64,000 nt of DNA from an uncultured Candidatus Saccharibacteria bacterium (GCA_964357635.1 CAYHLZ010000002.1:513-64512); one strand, 5' to 3'; numbered from the stretch's first letter, positions 36,363 through 46,528 are shown. A program made the numbers and translations. Notes: generated by a model from the sequence alone, not told the origin.

Positions 36363-37220
36363 CTAACGGGAAAGTTTCTCTTGAGTTAGGCGATCAATAA
36401 GCGTTCTTAAGGTCTCTAAACCATCTGTAATAATGAGCGTGTCATTATCAAAAAACGAATAAAGAATAACCGGCTGGCTCTCAAAGTAAAGCATTCTAAT
36501 ATCTTTGTTTCTGTCAGTTAAGTCCGCAAATACTGGCTCTTGTGGTAGTCCTCCCAAGTATTCTCTGGAAGCAAACAAGGGTAAGATATCTTGGCTCAAA
36601 TTTTTCTCCCAATTAAGCATGCCGGCAAAAGCATTTTCAAACGATGAGAGTTTGATTATAAGAAAGATACTGTTCCCCAAGGCTCCATACATAAAGAGCG
36701 GGTCAAATGATCTGACTAAACTACCAGGAGCTCGGCTTTCAAGCATTTTAAGAAATTCGCTTATTGAAAGAAGCTCTGTTTCTTCTCCAATAATTTTATT
36801 CAAAACCACGTGCTTGAGTTCTCCGCGAGGTGTTCCTTCTGTTGCCCCATTTAAGGAGCTTATGAGAGTCTCACGAGAGGCACCGAAGACGTCAATCCTC
36901 ATTTCGGTGTTGGCAGAGAGGAATCTGTTTTCTGGCGCAGCAATTTCTGGCGCAGCAGTTTTTCTCAAAAACTCGTTATAGGCATATTTGGCCCCAAACC
37001 CACCAAGGACCAAGAAGAAAAGACTGCCCAACAAAAGATAGAAAAACTGCTTTCTTTTCGCAATGATTTCTGGTGTGGCGGGGGTCCTTGCGCCAGAACC
37101 TTTTTTTAATTGTTCTGCTCGCTGAATAGAGACAAGAGACTCCCTCTGTTTCTCAAGGGCTTCCGCCACATCCCCTTGGAAAGTGCGGATTTGTTTCAGA
37201 GGAGTCTCTTTTTTGTCCAT
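36363..37220 (-). CDS. Hypothetical single-pass membrane protein
   Basis: TM 'FFYLLLGSLFFLVLGGFGA'; no known motif. Confidence 0.45.
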   Translation of the reverse strand: MDKKETPLKQIRTFQGDVAEALEKQRESLVSIQRAEQLKKGSGARTPATPEIIAKRKQFFYLLLGSLFFLVLGGFGAKYAYNEFLRKTAAPEIAAPENRFLSANTEMRIDVFGASRETLISSLNGATEGTPRGELKHVVLNKIIGEETELLSISEFLKMLESRAPGSLVRSFDPLFMYGALGNSIFLIIKLSSFENAFAGMLNWEKNLSQDILPLFASREYLGGLPQEPVFADLTDRNKDIRMLYFESQPVILYSFFDNDTLIITDGLETLRTLIDRLTQEKLSR

Positions 37221-37257
37221 CTCTCTATTTTAACCTACTTGTAGTGAGTTGGTCGAA

Positions 37258-37800
37258 CTATCGAGGGTTTTGTTCACGAACTTTTCCGCCACCCGTGTTG
37301 AGAAGATATTTTTTTGGACTCTGGTCTAGGTCAAGAAAATCATCAGCCGCCTCAATCAAGCGTGCAGAAGAAGATTTACCAAAGGCAACAACCTCTACTT
37401 GGCAACCATGAGTGTTTTGAAGATATTTGACTAGAGGCACATAGTCTCCGTCTCCAGAGAGAAGGACAATGCTGTCTAATTTTGGTGCCATGATGATGGC
37501 GTCAATTGCAAGTCCCACATCCCAATCTGCTTTCTTGGCTCCACCTAGGAATATTTGTAAGGGTTTTGAGCGGATTTCAATTCCGGCTTTACCTAAGGCG
37601 CCGAAAAAGGCGTTTTCTTCGCCAGATTCTGTGGTGACCACGTAGGCCATGGCGCGAATAAGAACCCTGCCGTCAAGAGCATCTCTTACTATTGCGGCAA
37701 AATTTGCTTTAGCATGATGAAGATTTTTGGCACTGTGATAAATGTTTTGCGTGTCTATAAAAATGCCGACCCGCTGGGCTTTATGTTTTATTACTGTCAT
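37258..37800 (-). CDS. NYN-domain (LabA-like / DUF88) protein
   Basis: 'VGIFIDTQNIYHS', 'LLSGDGDYVPLV' PIN-like acidic motifs. Confidence 0.65.
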   Translation of the reverse strand: MTVIKHKAQRVGIFIDTQNIYHSAKNLHHAKANFAAIVRDALDGRVLIRAMAYVVTTESGEENAFFGALGKAGIEIRSKPLQIFLGGAKKADWDVGLAIDAIIMAPKLDSIVLLSGDGDYVPLVKYLQNTHGCQVEVVAFGKSSSARLIEAADDFLDLDQSPKKYLLNTGGGKVREQNPR

Positions 37801-37848
37801 TAAATTTTCTAATCTATTAAAACTACTTCTAGTAGTGAGCTAGTCGAA

Positions 37849-38115
37849 CTATTTCTTCAAACCAAGTTTCTTTTGTAGAGTTGAAGCACGCTTCGGACTC
37901 TTCTTTTCCAAATATTTCATATGCGCCTGACGATCTGCCACCATGGCAAGTAGTCCTCGGCGTGAGTGATTATCTTTGGCATGCGTTTTGAGATGCTTTG
38001 CGAGCTCCTCTATCCGCTTTGTCAATATGGAAATTTGCACTTCAGGAGAGCCGGTATCTTTATCGTGTACAGCTACCTCCTTAATGAGTTTAAGTTTTCT
38101 GGTTTTAGAAATCAC
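37849..38115 (-). CDS. rpsO: 30S ribosomal protein S15
   Basis: 88 aa; 'HLKTHAKDNHSRRGLL...' is the S15 signature. Confidence 0.9.
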   Translation of the reverse strand: MISKTRKLKLIKEVAVHDKDTGSPEVQISILTKRIEELAKHLKTHAKDNHSRRGLLAMVADRQAHMKYLEKKSPKRASTLQKKLGLKK

Positions 38116-38144
38116 TTAATAATAATAGCACACGGAGACGCGGA

Positions 38145-39086
38145 TTGCAAGAGTGTGGTATAATGTCGCACAACATGAGCCAAGTTAGCGAACTAGAACA
38201 ATTAAAGCGAGAATTCCTTGAATATACCGAAATTGAGAAGGGACGCAGTCTCAAAACTGTTGAAAATTATGACCGATATTTAACTAGATTTCTTGAGTAT
38301 TCTAAGGCGAGAAAAGCGGGCGATATCAAAGATGACACAGTGAGAGAGTACCGGCTTTGGCTTAATAGGCAGGCTACCAAAGGAGGCACCCTAAAGAAGA
38401 AAACTCAAAATTACTATCTTATTGCTCTCAGAGCCTTTCTCAAGTATTTGGCAAAACGTGGAGAAAAAACCTTGTCGCCGGAAGTTATAGAGCTTGCCAA
38501 AGTTGGTGAACGCTCCATAGACCTCATTACTCCAGAAGAGCTCTCACGACTTCTTGATGCTCCAGACACAACAGAGCTTTCTGGTCTGCGGGACAAGGCA
38601 ATACTAGAAACCCTTTTCTCAACAGGACTGCGCGTTTCAGAAATCTGTGGTTTGCCGAGAGATTTGGATCTCTCTAGTGAAGAATTTTCCGTGCGTGGCA
38701 AAGGAGAGAAGGTGCGAGTAGTATTTCTCTCCCCCGAGGCAAAAAGCACAATAAAAAAATATCTGGAAAAGACCACCGCCTATGGCGGGGCCCCGCAGAA
38801 AGCGGTGGGAAAAGAAATCTATGATGAAAGATTGTTCCCAGTCACAACACGCTCTGTTCAGAGAATTATCAAACACTATGCTATCAAAGCTGGTATTTCC
38901 AAGAAAGTTACTCCTCACGTGGTACGCCATATGTTTGCAACAGACCTCCTTTCAAATGGTGCCGACCTGCGCAGTGTCCAAATGCTTTTGGGGCATGCCA
39001 ATATTGCCACCACCCAGATTTATACCCACGTCACAGACAAGCAACTAAAAGAAGCGCACAAAAAGTTTCATTCTAGGAGGAAATAG
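38145..39086 (+). CDS. Tyrosine site-specific recombinase, XerC/XerD family
   Basis: C-terminal catalytic motifs 'HVVRHMFATDLL', 'LLGHANIATTQIYTHV' (R-H-R-Y pentad); core-binding N-domain. Confidence 0.85.
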   Translation: MQECGIMSHNMSQVSELEQLKREFLEYTEIEKGRSLKTVENYDRYLTRFLEYSKARKAGDIKDDTVREYRLWLNRQATKGGTLKKKTQNYYLIALRAFLKYLAKRGEKTLSPEVIELAKVGERSIDLITPEELSRLLDAPDTTELSGLRDKAILETLFSTGLRVSEICGLPRDLDLSSEEFSVRGKGEKVRVVFLSPEAKSTIKKYLEKTTAYGGAPQKAVGKEIYDERLFPVTTRSVQRIIKHYAIKAGISKKVTPHVVRHMFATDLLSNGADLRSVQMLLGHANIATTQIYTHVTDKQLKEAHKKFHSRRK

Positions 39087-39188
39087 GCACTCATTTGACA
39101 AAATTGAGGCGATTTGCTATGCTTAGGGAGTAATAGTTTCCAGGAGTGGGTTCGCCGCAAGGCGAACCCATTTCGTAACCAAAACAAT

Positions 39189-40343
39189 ATGTTTGATTTA
39201 AAAGTCATCAATTCAGTACTAGGCGAACTTGAAGAAGTGCGCGGTATTCCCCGTGCCTCTATTGTTGAAGCCATAGAAGCCGCCCTCGCCACAGCTTATA
39301 AGAAAGAATATGGCAAGAAGGGACAAATAATCCGCACCACCTTTGACCCAAACACAGGGGAAACTAACTTTTTCCAAGTAAAGATTGCAGTAGATGATTC
39401 ACGCGTCATTTTTGACGAAAACGACCTGCCCGACGGCAAGGCGGGGGAGATAAAAGAAGGTGACGAGCGCGATATATATAATGCCGAGCACCATATTCTT
39501 CTTGAAGACGCCCGTAAGATTAAGAAAGATGCTCAACTTGATGAGGAGATAATCTTTCCCATTGAATCTAAAGGGGATTATGGTCGCATTGCTGCTCAGA
39601 CCGCTAAACAAGTTATAACTCAGAAAATTCGTGAAGCAGAAAAGACTTCCGTGGTTGCTGAATTCGGCAAACGGGAAGGTCAGATTGTAAATGGTTCTGT
39701 TCAACGCCTTGAGCGTGGCAATATTTTCGTAGACATGGGTAGAGCCACTGGCCTTCTTCCATATGAAGAACAGATTCCTGGAGAAAGATTTGGTCAAGGA
39801 GAGCGAGTGAGAGCATATCTTTATAGAGTGGAGGAAAGTCCTAGAGGAGTATTCCTTCGTCTCTCACGCTCACATCCAAAATTTATTGAAAAACTTTTTG
39901 AGGCCGAAGCACCAGAACTCGCAAACGGCACTGTGGTTATAAAGGCTATTGCCAGAGAAGCCGGTTATCGCTCCAAAATTGCTGCCCTTGCCATAGACAG
40001 TCACATTGATCCAGTTGGTGCACTTGTCGGTCAGCGCGGAGTGAGAGTTTCTACTGTGATGTCAGAATTACGCGGAGAAAAGATAGACATTATTGAATGG
40101 TCGGCAGAACCGAAAAAATTTATTGAAGAAGCCCTTTCTCCTGCAAAAATTCTTAACATTGAGATTAATGAAGCGGAGAAGTCCGCAGTCGTTAATGTCT
40201 CAGAAGACCAACAGTCTCTTGCTATAGGCAAGGGCGGGCAAAATGTGCGCCTAGCAGCCAAGCTTACTGGCTGGAGGATAGACATCCAGTCTGCCAAAGG
40301 CGAAGAGCTTGCGGTTGCCGATGTTTCCGCTGATAATAAATAA
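39189..40343 (+). CDS. nusA: Transcription termination/antitermination factor NusA
   Basis: Starts MFDLKVINSVLGELEE...; S1 domain and two KH domains; the ATG at 39189 is internal to the track ORF. Confidence 0.85.
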   Translation: MFDLKVINSVLGELEEVRGIPRASIVEAIEAALATAYKKEYGKKGQIIRTTFDPNTGETNFFQVKIAVDDSRVIFDENDLPDGKAGEIKEGDERDIYNAEHHILLEDARKIKKDAQLDEEIIFPIESKGDYGRIAAQTAKQVITQKIREAEKTSVVAEFGKREGQIVNGSVQRLERGNIFVDMGRATGLLPYEEQIPGERFGQGERVRAYLYRVEESPRGVFLRLSRSHPKFIEKLFEAEAPELANGTVVIKAIAREAGYRSKIAALAIDSHIDPVGALVGQRGVRVSTVMSELRGEKIDIIEWSAEPKKFIEEALSPAKILNIEINEAEKSAVVNVSEDQQSLAIGKGGQNVRLAAKLTGWRIDIQSAKGEELAVADVSADNK

Positions 40344-40344
40344 T

Positions 40345-40878
40345 ATGAATCTCTGGCACGACATAGAACCAGGAAACTTTGAAGCGATGAACGTCATCGT
40401 GGAGATAAATAAGGGTTCTAAAAATAAATACGAGATAGACAAGAGAACAGGACTTATTGCCCTTGACCGAGTACTTCATAGCTCGCAGGACTTCCCTTTT
40501 GACTACGGTTTTATCCCTCAATCACTTTGGCACGACAAAGATCCTCTTGATGTGATTTTACTAACTACTTATCCTCTTGTTCCTGGGGTTATGGTACGAG
40601 CACGACCAGTGGCACTTATGAACATGATAGACAGCGGTGAAGGAGACGATAAAATTATCGCCGTACCAACGGACGACCCTCGTTTCAACACAGTTAAAGA
40701 TTTGAAAGATATTAACCCTCACACCCTTAAAGAGATTGAGCATTTTTACTCTACATATAAGAAACTTCAGAACAAAGAGGTCAGGGTAGAAGGTTTTAAG
40801 GGCAAAGAAGACGCAGAAAAAGTCTTTGAAGAGGGTCTTAAACTCTATCAGAAAGAGCATTCGCAGGGCACAAAATAG
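40345..40878 (+). CDS. ppa: Inorganic pyrophosphatase (family I)
   Basis: 'IVEINKGSKNKYE', 'DPLDVILL', 'GEGDDKIIAV' motifs. Confidence 0.85.
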   Translation: MNLWHDIEPGNFEAMNVIVEINKGSKNKYEIDKRTGLIALDRVLHSSQDFPFDYGFIPQSLWHDKDPLDVILLTTYPLVPGVMVRARPVALMNMIDSGEGDDKIIAVPTDDPRFNTVKDLKDINPHTLKEIEHFYSTYKKLQNKEVRVEGFKGKEDAEKVFEEGLKLYQKEHSQGTK

Positions 40879-40934
40879 TTCGCTATAATTAAAGCCTACG
40901 GAAACGGCTGAAATTAAGAACTAATTAGATATAA

Positions 40935-41591
40935 ATGAAGCATAGAAGAATTGTTGTTTCTGGCATTGTACTTGCTCTCGTTTTTCTCTCAACCCCAGCC
41001 CTTGCTGAGGAAGGAGCAAACGCTGGCTTTAGTGCCGGAGGAAGTACGACACCACTTAAGGTGAAAGCAGAGATGAGGGCAAACATTGAAGCCAAGCGAG
41101 CTTCAAGTACAGAACGCCGAGAGGACACGCGTGAGAAAATGCTTGAGCGCAAGGCTTCAACCACTGAGCGCATACAGGAACGCAAGGCTTCCAGTACTGC
41201 CCGTAGAGTTGAATTCCAACAAAATCTTGCCAAGCGCCAAGTAGAACACGTTACGAAAGTAATGCTCGCCACCATTGAACGCCTTGAAAAGATTATTGTA
41301 AGAATTGAATCAAGAATTGCTAAAATTGAGGCTGAAGGTGGCAATACAGAAGAAGCAGAAGGATTTGTCGCTGATGCAAAAGTAAACCTAACTGACGCCG
41401 AAGCCTCTGTCAACGCTTTTGCCAGCATTGAACTTACTAGCGATAAGGCCAAAGAGAACTTTGAGAAGGTTCGTAATGCCGCAGCAGAGGCTCGGGAACA
41501 TATTCGTATGGCGAGAGAGAATCTTATGAAAGCCATACGTTCACTGGGTTCTGTAAAGGCTAGTGTAAGATCAGATAATTCCGTGGAGTAA
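40935..41591 (+). CDS. Secreted alpha-helical coiled-coil protein with 'ERKAS' repeats
   Basis: Signal peptide ending STPALA; repeated 'E(R/A)KAS(S/T)TER' units. Confidence 0.45.
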   Translation: MKHRRIVVSGIVLALVFLSTPALAEEGANAGFSAGGSTTPLKVKAEMRANIEAKRASSTERREDTREKMLERKASTTERIQERKASSTARRVEFQQNLAKRQVEHVTKVMLATIERLEKIIVRIESRIAKIEAEGGNTEEAEGFVADAKVNLTDAEASVNAFASIELTSDKAKENFEKVRNAAAEAREHIRMARENLMKAIRSLGSVKASVRSDNSVE

Positions 41592-41615
41592 ATTATTGAC
41601 TAACCAGTAACCAAC

Positions 41616-41876
41616 ATGGATGGAGAAAATAACCTAAATTCTGGAGAAAAAAATGGTGGAGCTGGGCCAATCATTGCTGTAATCATTATTCTTGCTCTTG
41701 TTATTTTGGGAGCTCTCTATTTTTGGGGAGAGCGCAATGACAGGGACGAGTTACTTAACGATGATGCGCTTGAAGCCATAGAAATGCAGAGCACTTCAGA
41801 CGAGACTGACTCTATTGAGGCAGATCTAGATGCGACAGATGTAGACAGTCTTGATAGCGAGATAAACGCTTCCTAA
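41616..41876 (+). CDS. Small single-pass membrane protein with an acidic C-terminal tail
   Basis: TM '[20 protein letters not shown]' then D/E-rich tail. Confidence 0.4.
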   Translation: MDGENNLNSGEKNGGAGPIIAVIIILALVILGALYFWGERNDRDELLNDDALEAIEMQSTSDETDSIEADLDATDVDSLDSEINAS

Positions 41877-41891
41877 CCATAAGTTTCTTAG

Positions 41892-41938
41892 ATATAACAA
41901 AGAGTCCCAGAGTTGCACTCTGGGACTCTTTGTTATAT
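41892..41938. promoter_or_regulatory. Perfect 22-bp stem / 3-nt loop hairpin 13 nt upstream of the clpP start codon
   Basis: ATATAACAAAGAGTCCCAGAGT-TGC-ACTCTGGGACTCTTTGTTATAT; no downstream T-run. Confidence 0.7.
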
Positions 41939-41950
41939 CGTAAGTCCAAT

Positions 41951-42526
41951 ATGGGTTATTTAATACCAACAGTTATAGAAAAAAGTCAGTTTGGGGAGCG
42001 AGCATACGACATTTACTCGCGACTTTTGCGCGAGCGCATTATTTTTCTCGGTGGGAGGATAGATGATGATTCTGCCAATATTGTTATCGCCCAACTTCTT
42101 TTTCTTCAATTTGAGGATCCAAAAAAAGATATTTCTCTCTATATTAACTCTCCCGGAGGTTCTGCTTCTGCAACTCTTGCGATGATAGATACTATGAATC
42201 ACATTAAACCAGATGTTTCTACTGTCTGTGTTGGTCTTGCGGCATCGGGTGGTGCGTGGCTTCTTTCTGCTGGCGCCAAAGGCAAGCGATTTGCCCTACC
42301 TAATGCTGAGATTATGATTCACCAACCTCTTGGTGGCGCAGAAGGTCAAGCAACTGATATTGAGATACAGGCCAAACAAATCCTTCGTCTTCGCGAAACT
42401 CTTGTTAAAATTATGGCTAAAAATACAGGGCAAACCGTCGCCCAAGTTCAAAGAGATATTGACCGAGACTTCTTTATGAATGCGGAGGAAGCCAAAAAAT
42501 ACGGCATCGTAGACAAGATTCTATAG
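41951..42526 (+). CDS. clpP: ATP-dependent Clp protease proteolytic subunit
   Basis: '[10 protein letters not shown]...ERIIFLGG'; catalytic Ser 'GLAASGGA', His 'MIHQPLGG'. Confidence 0.9.
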   Translation: MGYLIPTVIEKSQFGERAYDIYSRLLRERIIFLGGRIDDDSANIVIAQLLFLQFEDPKKDISLYINSPGGSASATLAMIDTMNHIKPDVSTVCVGLAASGGAWLLSAGAKGKRFALPNAEIMIHQPLGGAEGQATDIEIQAKQILRLRETLVKIMAKNTGQTVAQVQRDIDRDFFMNAEEAKKYGIVDKIL

Positions 42527-42619
42527 CTGTAGTAGAATAACAAAGTTCATCTTGTAAAGAATTATTGAAACGTTTCATAACTCCCGTCTGACCTAAACGA
42601 CCGCTCGGTTCCGGAAAAC

Positions 42620-44149
42620 ATGTCTGTTAAATTAGCTTTACTTTTAGCATTGCTTGCCGCATCTGCCGGTATCGGCTTCGGTTATTTGCTGCGTCTTCTA
42701 ATCTCTCTTGGTAAGAAGGGCTCGATGGAGCTTGATATTAAGGAGATGGAGCTTTCTTCCAAGGAGGAGGCGCAGAGAATTATCTTGGAAGCAGAAGCTC
42801 GTAGGGATGAGATTATTCAAAAGACCCAAAAAGATGTTAAAGAACGCGAAGAGAGGGCGAAAAAGACTGAAGACAGGCTTGTTACAAAGGAAGAATTTTT
42901 AGATAAACGCCAACTTGATTTGGATAAGGAAGCAGATGTTGCCGAAAGGAAAATTTCTGAAGCAGCTTCTCTTAAAGAAAAGGCAGAAAAGCTTGTTCTG
43001 TCGCGCCAAGTAGAACTTGCCAAGGTCTCCGGGCTATCTCATGCGGAAGCCAAGAAAGAGCTCTTAAAAATTGTAGAAAAAGAAGCCGAAGAAGACATCC
43101 TTGTGCGCACCCAAAAACTTGAGGCCGAAGGAGAAGCTCGTCTTGAGTCCAGAGCCAAAGAAATTCTTGCCACAGCGATTCAAAGGCTTGCTGTATCAAC
43201 TTCAAGTTCAATGATGGGTACCACTGTAAACCTACCTTCCGATGAACTGAAAGGAAAGATTATCGGCAAAGAAGGGAGAAATATCAAAGCTTTTGAACGT
43301 GCCACCGGTGTTGAGGTGATTGTAGATGATACACCAAACTCCATTACTCTTTCTTCTTTTGACCCTGTGCGTCGAGCGATAGCTAAACTGGCACTAGAAA
43401 CTCTGATTGCTGACGGTAGAATTCAACCGGCCAAAATTGAAGAGCTTGTAGAGAAAGCTACCAATGAAACCAATAAAATTATTAAAGAAAAAGGTGAGCA
43501 AGCCGCTATTGAGTGTGAAGTTTACAATCTTGACCCCAAATTAATCTCACTTCTTGGACGCCTGCACTTCCGTTCTAGTTATAGCCAAAACGTTTTGGAC
43601 CATTCTATAGAAATGAGTCATTTGGCAGGCATGATGGCCAAAGAGCTGGGAGCAGACGTCGCAGTTGCTCGAGCCGGTGCCCTACTTCACGACATTGGCA
43701 AGGCACTTGACCACGAAGTTTCTGGTACTCATGTTGAGATTGGTAGAAAAATTTTAGCCAAGTTTAATGTTTCCGAAGAAGTTATCAAGGCGATGCAGTC
43801 GCATCATGAGGAATACCCGTACGAAACCATTGAGTCTGTTATCGTTCAAACTGCCGACACTATATCGGGCGGAAGACCTGGGGCTCGTCGAGACACCGCA
43901 GAGCGTTATCTCAAGCGCCTTACTGACTTGGAAAACATTGCTCTTTCCTTTGACGGTGTGGAGAAGGCTTATGCTCTTGCTGCCGGTAGGGAGGTTCGGG
44001 TCTTTGTTACCCCAGACAAGATTTCTGACTTGGAGGCCAAAAAAATGGCTAGAAATATAGCCTTAAGAATTGAGAGCGAACTTAAGTATCCAGGTGAAAT
44101 CAAAGTTAATGTTATCCGTGAGGCAAGGTCTATAGAATTTGCCCGCTAG
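42620..44149 (+). CDS. rny: Ribonuclease Y
   Basis: N-terminal TM, long coiled coil, KH domain (GKIIGKEGRNIK), HD domain (HSIEMSHLAGMMA...LLHDIGK). Confidence 0.85.
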   Translation: MSVKLALLLALLAASAGIGFGYLLRLLISLGKKGSMELDIKEMELSSKEEAQRIILEAEARRDEIIQKTQKDVKEREERAKKTEDRLVTKEEFLDKRQLDLDKEADVAERKISEAASLKEKAEKLVLSRQVELAKVSGLSHAEAKKELLKIVEKEAEEDILVRTQKLEAEGEARLESRAKEILATAIQRLAVSTSSSMMGTTVNLPSDELKGKIIGKEGRNIKAFERATGVEVIVDDTPNSITLSSFDPVRRAIAKLALETLIADGRIQPAKIEELVEKATNETNKIIKEKGEQAAIECEVYNLDPKLISLLGRLHFRSSYSQNVLDHSIEMSHLAGMMAKELGADVAVARAGALLHDIGKALDHEVSGTHVEIGRKILAKFNVSEEVIKAMQSHHEEYPYETIESVIVQTADTISGGRPGARRDTAERYLKRLTDLENIALSFDGVEKAYALAAGREVRVFVTPDKISDLEAKKMARNIALRIESELKYPGEIKVNVIREARSIEFAR

Positions 44150-44252
44150 AGAGCACCTTTCCCAACCAATGGCGTAAAAAAATGGCTTGGTATATAATCA
44201 TATGAGTCTAAAGGTATTGTGTAGTCAGATTTATCAAATAAAACTATGAGTT

Positions 44253-44525
44253 ATGAATAAGATAGATATTGCAAACGCAGTGCATGGGAAGCTCGGTGGC
44301 ACCAAGGTGCAGGCTGAGGGAGTTGTCGATACAGTTATCGACTCAATCGTCTCCACTCTTAAAAAGGGTGGCGAGGTCTCCATTGCTGGTCTTGGTATCT
44401 TCTCAACCAAGGTTCGCGCAGCACGTCAGGCCAGAAATCCTCGTACAGGCGCATCCATCTCGGTTCCGTCTATGCGAGTGCCAAAGTTTCGACCAGCCAA
44501 AGCATTAAAAGAAGCAGTTAAGTAA
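44253..44525 (+). CDS. hup: DNA-binding protein HU
   Basis: 90 aa; 'MNKIDIANAV' start, 'GLGIFSTKVRAARQARNPRTG' beta-arm. Confidence 0.9.
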   Translation: MNKIDIANAVHGKLGGTKVQAEGVVDTVIDSIVSTLKKGGEVSIAGLGIFSTKVRAARQARNPRTGASISVPSMRVPKFRPAKALKEAVK

Positions 44526-44551
44526 ATAAAACTTAAAACTTCAATAACAAA

Positions 44552-44576
44552 AACCCGCGCATGCGCGGGTTTTTGT
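44552..44576. terminator. Palindromic GC hairpin plus T-run, bidirectional between hup and cca
   Basis: AAACCCGCGCATGCGCGGGTTTTTG. Confidence 0.7.
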
Positions 44577-44594
44577 TACCCTCCTATGAAACGT

Positions 44595-46070
44595 TTATTC
44601 TACTTTATACTCTTCTCTGATTTTACCAATCTCTTTTTCTTCCTCACCTTCATTTTTATCTTTTGCAATTTTACCGAATTTAAAGAGTTCTTGGGGTGGG
44701 AGGGCGTGTAACTCCAGCACTCTTTTTTCTAAGTGTTCTTTGGTATTGAGTTCGGGTTTTTCAAGCACTTCCGACAAAAGAATTTCTAATATGAAACCAA
44801 TTTTTGGTCCTGCTTCAATTTTAACGAGCTTCATTATATCTGCTCCATTGAGGGCAAGTTGTTTTACAGAAATTGGGTCGCGTAAAACCTCCTCAATCAT
44901 TGATTTATATTTACGCAGACGATAAGGTGTTTCTTTCGGCCTGCCGGTGCCAATGCGGTCAGAGGTGCGTAAGTCAACAAGATCCCAAATTAAATCTACT
45001 CCAACATTGCGCACGATGCGACGTACTGCGCTGGGTGTTATTTTTTCTGTGTCAGAAAAGAACATGTGCCAGCGCACTAGTTTAGCTGTTTTATCTATAG
45101 TTTCCTTAGGGAATTTGAGGGTTTCAAGAATCTGTTTGGCAAGCCGTGTACCCACCACCTCATGACCATAGAAGGTCCATTGGTTGTTTTTCCGAGCCCT
45201 GGTATGTGGTTTGGCCACGTCATGTAGGAGAGCGGCCAGACGGACATGGAAAGGAAACTTTTTCTTGGCGGAATGATTAAGTGTTCTTAGAATATGTTCC
45301 CAAACCGTATAAGCATGGGCCTGATTTTGTTCCATGCCTATCCCCTTCTCAAATTCAGGTGAAATAAATTTCAAAAGACCGAGACGAGCCGCCAAGTCTA
45401 AAGCAAGCGCCGGTTCATCAGAAATAATAATTTTACTAAACTCATCACGAATACGTTCTTTAGAGATATGTTCCAAGAGTGAAGCATTTTTTGTTATTGC
45501 TTCTTGAGTCTCATGCTCTATGGCAAAGTTTAATTCACTTGCAAAACGAAGAGCGCGCAGCATTCTAAGCGCATCTTCTCCAAATCTTTCCTCTGGGTTT
45601 CCCACAGTGCGAATAAGTTTTTTCTCAATATCAACTTGACCTTGAAATGGGTCAAGCAGGTCTCCAGTTTCTACATTGTAAGCAAGTGCATTCATGCTGA
45701 AGTCTCGGCGTGCCAAGTCTTCTTGTATGGTTTTGCCCCAATGCACCTCGTCTGGTCTGCGAAAATCTGAATACCCTGACTCAAGACGATAAGGTGTCAC
45801 TTCAATTGTTTTGAGACGCACATCTTCTGTCCCCTCATTAACAACTCCAACGGTACCGTATTCATTTTCGTAAAATGTTTTTGGAAAAATCTTTATTATC
45901 TCTTCTGGTTTGGCACTTGTGGCAATATCCCAGTCTTTGGGATCCCTACCCATGACCAAGTCACGGACACAGCCTCCGACCAAAAAGTTTTCAAATCCGG
46001 CGCGTGAAAGTACGTGCGAAACACTTTTCACCTCTTCGGGGACCTCAAATTTTTGTTTTGTTTTAGACAT
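44595..46070 (-). CDS. cca: tRNA nucleotidyltransferase (CCA-adding enzyme) with HD domain
   Basis: 'GGCVRDLVMGRDPKDWDIAT' polymerase-beta-type head; HD motif 'LLHDVAKP'. Confidence 0.8.
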   Translation of the reverse strand: MSKTKQKFEVPEEVKSVSHVLSRAGFENFLVGGCVRDLVMGRDPKDWDIATSAKPEEIIKIFPKTFYENEYGTVGVVNEGTEDVRLKTIEVTPYRLESGYSDFRRPDEVHWGKTIQEDLARRDFSMNALAYNVETGDLLDPFQGQVDIEKKLIRTVGNPEERFGEDALRMLRALRFASELNFAIEHETQEAITKNASLLEHISKERIRDEFSKIIISDEPALALDLAARLGLLKFISPEFEKGIGMEQNQAHAYTVWEHILRTLNHSAKKKFPFHVRLAALLHDVAKPHTRARKNNQWTFYGHEVVGTRLAKQILETLKFPKETIDKTAKLVRWHMFFSDTEKITPSAVRRIVRNVGVDLIWDLVDLRTSDRIGTGRPKETPYRLRKYKSMIEEVLRDPISVKQLALNGADIMKLVKIEAGPKIGFILEILLSEVLEKPELNTKEHLEKRVLELHALPPQELFKFGKIAKDKNEGEEEKEIGKIREEYKVE

Positions 46071-46087
46071 AAATTAGGAGTTTAGAA

Positions 46088-46162
46088 TGGTGCCCCCAGC
46101 AGGAATCGAACCCACATCACCTGTTCCGAAGACAGGCACTTTATCCATTAAGCTATGGGGGC
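46088..46162 (-). tRNA. tRNA-Arg (anticodon TCG), CCA encoded
   Basis: Reverse complement GCCCCCATAGCTTAATGGATAAAGTGCCTGTCTTCGGAACAGGTGATGTGGGTTCGATTCCTGCTGGGGGCACCA folds as a cloverleaf; anticodon loop CTTCGGA. Confidence 0.8.
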
Positions 46163-46192
46163 GTTGAATTTATCGTACAAGAGATTTATCTG

Positions 46193-46263
46193 TGCGACTA
46201 GGGAGAATCGAACTCCCATCTCGTCCTTGGCAAGGACGCATTCTACCACTAAACCATAGTCGC
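46193..46263 (-). tRNA. tRNA-Gly (anticodon GCC)
   Basis: Reverse complement GCGACTATGGTTTAGTGGTAGAATGCGTCCTTGCCAAGGACGAGATGGGAGTTCGATTCTCCCTAGTCGCA; anticodon loop TTGCCAA. Confidence 0.8.
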
Positions 46264-46343
46264 AAGTGAAGAGATAATAACTTATTTGGGGAAAAAAATC
46301 GAGATTTTGAAATCACATCTTCGCGTGATAGGATGGACGATTA

Positions 46344-46369
46344 CGGGCTGTATGAGTACATCAGCCCGA
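46344..46369 (+). other. tRNA-Pro acceptor-stem minihelix (internally deleted tRNA-Pro-like element), copy 1
   Basis: CGGGCTG-TATGAGTACAT-CAGCCCG-A: acceptor stem and discriminator identical to the neighbouring tRNA-Pro genes, with the body replaced by an 11-nt loop. Confidence 0.55.
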
Positions 46370-46416
46370 GCATTCAGAACGATAAGTTATGCTAGCATAA
46401 CTTCTGTTCTTCATTA

Positions 46417-46487
46417 CGGGCTGTAGTACAGCGGTAGTATACACGCTTCGGGAGTGTGAGACCCGAGTTCGATTCTCGGCAGCCCGA
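46417..46487 (+). tRNA. tRNA-Pro (anticodon CGG)
   Basis: C1-G72 acceptor CGGGCTG/CAGCCCG (bacterial tRNA-Pro hallmark); anticodon stem-loop CACGC-TTCGGGA-GTGTG; T-arm CCGAGTTCGATTCTCGG. Confidence 0.8.
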
Positions 46488-46528
46488 TGCCAAATAAAGT
46501 GTGTTAGCATAATTTCTGTTCCTAACTA

